DNA of 64,000 nt from positions 47,671-111,670 of the forward strand of contig CAVPXW010000012.1 in the NCBI GenBank assembly GCA_963709865.1, in the 5' to 3' direction. Origin of the DNA: an uncultured Acidobacteriota bacterium. Its GTDB lineage: Bacteria > Acidobacteriota > Terriglobia > Terriglobales > Acidobacteriaceae. The notes under the pieces are model-generated. The model searched no databases, was not told the DNA's origin, and saw nothing but the letters and a program-made list of their open reading frames with translations. Position 1 is the stretch's first letter; the number at the start of each line of letters is the position of its first letter. Made by a program: the position numbers and the translations under genes. Shown here piece by piece: positions 58,987 through 64,000 of the stretch.

Positions 58987-59952
58987 TCAGACATGACTCA
59001 TCCTTATATCACGGCAATCAGCAGCACGATCAGGCACGACGTTCAGCGCTCCGGGAAGCACGTCCAGTTCCTCGCAATGCAGCGTCAGAACTTCGCCGTC
59101 GACCATGACATCGACCGGAGCATCGAGATTGAACTCGATGCGCTGCGCGGCCTTGCGCTCGGCCAGCGGATGCTCGATGTGCGTGCCGTCATAGAGGCCC
59201 GGCAGATTGCGGATCAGTCCCAGCCGGCCGATCGGCCCCCAGCGAACGTATTCCACCAGGCCGTCGTTGATCTCGGCCTTGGGAGCAATCATCATCGTCC
59301 CGCCGGTGAACTTGCTGTTGTTGAAAGTGAGGAACAGGCAGCGGCGGCTGTCGAAACTCTTCTGCGCCGTCGACTCGCACCGGGAAAGGGCGGCGGTTGA
59401 ATCGGGCCAGCGTCAGAAAGATCGAGGTGAAGTAGCCCAGTTCTCCCCAGGCGCTGAAACGCCGCGCGCGCAGCGTGGCGACGTCCGCCGAGAAGCCCAT
59501 GCTGAGCAGATTGATGTAGTGGATGACGCCGGCGCGGTGGCGCAGGCGCATCACGTCGCAGGCGCGGCTGCGCTGCGCCAGTAGAGATTCGATCGCGTAC
59601 TCGACGCCCTGATCGCTGAAGTCGCGCAGAAAGGAATTGCCGGTGCCGAGCGGAAGGAATCCCAGGGTCGGGCGCTCGCCGCCGAGCGGCCTGCGGGAAA
59701 AGGCCGTTCACGATTTCGTAGGACGTGCCGTCGCCGCCGACTGCGATAAAGTGCCGAACGCCCCGCCCGTAGGCCTCGCGCGCGATCTCGGTGGCCTCTC
59801 CCGGAGCGCGGGTCGTGCGCGACCTTCGATCTCGAGGCCGCCCGCGCGCAAGCGCTCGAGCGCGGGGCCCAGCGAGCTTGCCGGCTCCGGCCGCCTCCGG
59901 CCGCCGGATTCACGATCGCGAGATAAGTTTGTCCCAAGGTTCCAGATTCCAC
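58987..59952 (-). pseudogene. diacylglycerol-kinase-catalytic-domain lipid kinase (YegS/BmrU-like), at least 4 frame breaks
   Basis: [12 protein letters not shown] is in ORF 59551..59952. [17 protein letters not shown] reads at about 59700-59760 in another frame. The C-terminal beta-sandwich ([17 protein letters not shown]...VDVMVDGE) is in ORF 58987..59295. Confidence 0.7.
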
Positions 59953-60005
59953 TTTTCACGACTGAATGCAGACGCGCCGCAAGAATTCGCGCTGGCAGTC
60001 GAACT

Positions 60006-61730
60006 TCAGTGGCCAGTCACAATCCCACGATGGCTTCGCGCTCCACCGACTTTGCCAATCTCCTCGGCCAGCACCTGCCGCTTGATCTTCATCGAAGCGG
60101 TGCGGGGAAAGTCTTTGTCCCAGACAAATATCCGCCGACCCGCTTGAAATCGGGCAGGCGGCGGTTGCGCGCCGAGATCTCTTCCAGCAACTGCGCTGTC
60201 GAATTTCTGGTTCTGCTCCAGCCGCAGCACGAGGACCAGCGTCTCGCGCCCCAGTTCTTTTTTCGGCCAGATGTAGTTCGCCGCAAACACCGCGTATTCC
60301 TTCACCGGCAGGCCGTCGAAAACGGTTTCAATGTCCTCCGGGTAGATGTTCTTGCCGCCTTCGGTGACGATCATGTTCTTCTTGCGCCCGAAGAGCTGAA
60401 GATGGCCGTCGCGCTCGAACCGGCCCAGATCGCCGGTCAGAAGCCAGCCATCGACGATCGTCTCCAGCGGTAAGTTCGGGATCGTCGAGATAGTGCGACA
60501 TCACCGTCTTGCTGCGCACCGCGACTTCTCCCACGCCGTCGGCATCCGGATTCAAGAATGCGAATCTCAACTCCCGGAAGCGGCTTGCCGACGGTATCGG
60601 CGCGAAACGGTTTGAGATCGTTCAGCGTGAGCGCGGTCCCGGCTTCGGTGAGACCGTAACCGTTGACCACCGGAATGCCGAGATCGTAGAAGAACTGCAT
60701 GGTCGAGGGCTCCATGAATGCGCCGCCGGTGATCAAGGCCAGCAACTCTCCGCCAAACCCGCGGTGCATATTGGACAGCAGCATGCGGCTGAGCTTCACG
60801 TTCGGGCGGCGGCGCGTCAGCAGCCGATTGATCGCGATCATGGCATTCAGGAAGGCCCGCTTCCACGACGGCAGTTCGTCGAACTTCGCGCGCAGGCCGC
60901 GTTCCAGATTCTTGACGATCATCGGGACCAGCGAGACATAGGTGATGCGGTAGCGCACAAAGGCGTCGCGCACGAACTCCGGACGCAGCGTGCGCAGATG
61001 CACGACGCAGGCTCCGCAGACGAACGGCCCGATGAAGCCGACCATGAAATCGATGGCGTGATTGGTGGGCAGAATGCTCAGATAGCGCACTCCCGGCCAG
61101 AAGGGATACCACGCGGTCAGCGCGCGGCACTGCTCCAGATAATTTTCGTGGGTGAGCACGCAGCCCTTGGGACGGCCGCCGGTTCCCGAGGAATAGACGA
61201 TGCAGGCGACATCGTCCTTCTGCCGCATGACGAAGTCGGGAGCGCCTTTGCGCTTGAAATCTTCCCAGCGGAACGCGCCGGCCAGATCCGCGCCCAGCGG
61301 GGCTTCGGTCACCAGAACGATCTTGGTTCCGATCGTTCTGGAAGTCCGGGGACTGCATGATCGCGCGCCAGAGGTGGTACTCGACGATCAGCACCTTGGC
61401 CTTGGAATGGGCGAGCAGTTGCAGATGCTCGGCGGCGGTGAGCTTGTAATCGAGCGGGACCAGAACGCCGCCGCAATAGAAGATGGCATAGGCCGAGATC
61501 AGCCATTTCGACTGATTGGTCATGATGATGGCGGCGCGGTCGTCGGGGTCGAAATCGGCGTCTTCCAGAGCGCGGGCCAGCGGCAGCGCGATTTCTTTGA
61601 AATCGGAATAGGTCAGGCGGAGTTTTTCGCGATCGCGCTCGGCTTCGATCAGGCAGATTTCGGAGGAGAAGCGGTCGAGCGCATCGCGCAGCGCCGCGCC
61701 CAGACAGGTGTATTGGCGGAGATCGAGCAT
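60006..61730 (-). pseudogene. AMP-dependent synthetase/ligase (fatty-acyl-AMP/CoA ligase-like), at least 3 frame breaks
   Basis: The N-terminal domain is in ORF 60567..61730. [20 protein letters not shown] and GYGLTEAG are in ORF 60437..61312. The C-terminal subdomain ([16 protein letters not shown]...SMKIKR) is in ORFs 60328..60570 and 60006..60374. Confidence 0.8.
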
Positions 61731-61837
61731 ATGAAATTGCTGATTTTAGCATAGAGACTGCGAGGACTCGGAGAAAACCTTAGTTATCAATGGTGCATTA
61801 CCTGGCAATCAACAGCTCGATTGCGACTTCAAGTCGT

Positions 61838-62080
61838 CTACAAACGCGCCTGAATCTTGCCGGCCAGGGTGCGGAAGTCGGTCACGCCCTGCAGTTCGTA
61901 GTCCGGCAGTTCGACGTGAAAGTGATTCTCCAGCTGCGTCAGCAGATCGAGCGTCTGCAGGCTGTCGATCCCGAGCGTCTTGAAGAAATCGTCGTCCGGG
62001 GAAAGCTTTTCGCGCGGCACTTTAAAATGCGTGGCGGCCAGGGTAAGGATCTCGTCGAGGGTCTGATCGGCTGTTTGCAT
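61838..62080 (-). CDS. acyl carrier protein
   Basis: 80 aa. FFKTLGIDSLQTLDLLTQLE contains the DSL phosphopantetheine-attachment motif. Confidence 0.85.
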   Translation of the reverse strand: MQTADQTLDEILTLAATHFKVPREKLSPDDDFFKTLGIDSLQTLDLLTQLENHFHVELPDYELQGVTDFRTLAGKIQARL

Positions 62081-62128
62081 ATAAGTAACTCTAAACTGTT
62101 TTGGGATTTCTGACAGCGCCGCCAGCCT

Positions 62129-62900
62129 TCACGGCAAATAGGGCTGCGCGTCCGTGCTCTCCACAAATTTCTTCAAGTCCGGCCTGCACCGCCGGCCGCG
62201 AGAACAGCTCGCAGAAAATATCGATCTCCCGGCGCAGTTCTTCGTAGCGGAATCGGCTTGATGAATTGCTTGGCGGCATCGCGGTGTTGCCGGTCGAATT
62301 TGCCGATCTGCGCCGCAGTGGCTCGCGCCGCGCGCAAAGCCTCGCCTTCCGCAGACAACCTGACTTACCAGGCCGATCTGCTGCGCCTTGGTGGCGTTGA
62401 AACTGCGGCCGGTCAGCAGCAGGTCGCGCACGACGGCGTTGCCCAGATCGCGCTTCAGGCGCGGGATTCCGCCGAATCCCGGGAATCAGTCCCAGCCGCA
62501 GTTCGGGAAAACAAAAGCGGGCCATCTTGTCGGCAATGATCAGATCGCAGACCAGGGCGAGTTCAAATCCTCCGCCAAACGTCACGCCGTGGACCGCGGC
62601 AATCGTGGTCAGCGGGGCGGCATCGATCCGATTCAGCACGCGGTGAATGCGCTCCAGAAAATCGCGCACACCCTGCGCAGCCTGCGACTTCTCCATCGTC
62701 TGCGACCGCTCGTAAAGCTCGCGCAGGTCGGCGCCCGCGCAGAAACCGGACTTCAACTCGCTGTGGATGATGAGCGCGTGCGCATCTTTCTCGATACTGT
62801 CGAGCGCGGCCGAAAAGTTTTCCAGCTCGTCCAGCGACAGCGAGCCGATTTCGTTGCAGGGATCGCGATGCAGCGCCAGTTCGATGACTCCGTCCTTCAA
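62129..62900 (-). pseudogene. enoyl-CoA hydratase/isomerase (crotonase) family protein, about 3 frame breaks
   Basis: GFCAGADLRE and GGGFELALVCD are in ORF 62091..62900. LLTGRSFNATKAQQIGLVSQVV and the C-terminal KKFVESTDAQPYLP are in ORF 62129..62431. A middle piece is in ORF 62173..62358. Confidence 0.75.
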
Positions 62901-62969
62901 CCTGCCACGACAGCGCTTGCCCTTGAAATTGCTGCGCGCCCAATACCGTCCCTTTCGCCGAACGCCTGG

Positions 62970-64000
62970 CTATACCGCCTGCTTCACCTGGTACATGTCT
63001 TCGATCTCGTTCTTCATGCGCGCCGAAATCAGGTCGCGCTTCAGCTTGCCGTTTGCGGTGAGCATTCCATTTTCGATCAGAGAATGGTTCCTGCCGTCAG
63101 GCAAAACGCCCGCACCTGCTTGTAGTGCGGCAGCTGCGGGATTGACGGCATCCAGCGCCGCCTGCACCTGCTCCCCGGCCACGTTTCCCGTGACAATGGC
63201 CGAAAGATATCCGCGGCCATTGCCCACGATGACCACCTGCTGCGCGCTCGGCAGATGGCGGGCGATTTCCTCTTCGATGGTTTCGGGCGCGATCTTGTGG
63301 CCGGAACCAAGAACGATCAGATTCTTGATGCGCCCCACGATCCGCCAGTTTCCCGAACCATCCAGTCTCGCCCTGATCGCCGGTGTGGAACCATCCGTCG
63401 CGCAGCACCTCGGCGGTCTGCTGCGGCCGGTTCCAGTAGCCGGGGAAAACATTCGGGCCGCGCACCACGATCTCATCGTTGTCGCCGAGCCTCATCTCGA
63501 TGCCCGAGATCGCTGGCCCGACACGGCCGGGCGCGACGTTGTTCGGATCGTCCATGGTGCAGATGCCGGTGGTCTCCGTCAGTCCGTAGACCTGCAGCAC
63601 CGGAATGCCGAGCATGCGGAAGTAGTCCTGGGTTTCAGGAGTGAGCGGCGCCGAGCCGCAGATCAGGGCCTTCAGATTCTCGCCGACCATTTTCTTGCGG
63701 ATCGCGGGAAACACCACAGCGTTAGCCAGCCACAGCCAGATGCCGTCTCCGGCTTGCGAATGCTTTTCTTTGCTCCGCAGCCACGCAGCTTGGGCTCGTG
63801 AGTAGATCGCCTGCGCCACGCCGCCCTTCTGTGCGATCTGCTCGTCCACACCCCGCCGCATGCGCTCGAGCAACTGAGGGACGTTCAGGAAATAATGTGG
63901 AGCCACGGCCGGCATATCGGTTGGAATCTTTGTCAGGTCGGTGTTCAGCGTGACCAGGCTCCCGCGCAGCAGGAAAGTCAGCACCGCGATCCACGACGCG
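62970..64000 (-). pseudogene. second AMP-dependent synthetase/ligase, 5' end outside window, at least 1 frame break
   Basis: LQVYGLTETTG, GEIVVRGPNVFPGYW and DGWFHTGD are in ORF 63097..63984. The C-terminal subdomain (RIVGRIKNLIVLGSGHKIAPE...NGKLKRD) is in ORF 62970..63476. The junction is near 63360-63390. Confidence 0.75.

Noticed and set aside
1-64000. tRNA, rRNA, tmRNA, riboswitch, transposase, integrase or prophage features.
   Set aside because: I inspected the longer intergenic regions (7480-7785, 26191-26615, 40141-40427, 52586-52778, 53850-54129) by eye and found no cloverleaf-like or known riboswitch patterns, and no ORF with recombinase or transposase motifs. A computational scan (tRNAscan-SE, Infernal/Rfam) would still be needed for certainty.

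Overview
GC-rich (about 60% by eye) chromosomal window. Gene content and the dispersed TTAACCGCAGAG-type palindromic repeats suggest an Acidobacteriota-like soil bacterium; this is inference, not a search result. I can support about 55 protein-coding loci. They cover housekeeping and repair (uvrC, dinB, ruvC, rsmA, pfkA, glgA, ggt, cstA), envelope and transport (OmpA, TonB, MscS, APC permease, Na+/solute symporter, an OMP beta-barrel, PD40 propellers, a tricorn-like protease), one vapBC toxin-antitoxin pair, and a minus-strand lipid-type cluster at the 3' end. That cluster holds two acyl-AMP ligases, an ACP, a crotonase, a DAG-kinase-like lipid kinase, a Trx-like protein, VKOR and an esterase. 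I found no rRNA, tRNA, CRISPR array, transposase, integrase or phage genes. Three things stand out. (1) At least two families of short intergenic repeats occur at 15 or more loci. They include a triple 142-bp tandem array that fills one intergenic region, a 153-bp tandem duplication that copies a gene's 3' end, and a copy inside uvrC where the frame breaks. (2) There are about 50 reading-frame breaks in recognisable genes between 32 and 64 kb, against about 3 in the first 31 kb. This points to uneven assembly polishing, or less likely to recent pseudogenisation. Many coordinates below are therefore gene-level spans crossing several ORF-track fragments. (3) Several gene pairings have no described function: cNMP/CBS/DUF294 with a DEDD exonuclease, a split Trx-VKOR, a His-less sensor-kinase stub after pilD, and the lipid cluster. 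I cannot point to one clear novel system; the lipid cluster and the repeat biology are my best candidates.
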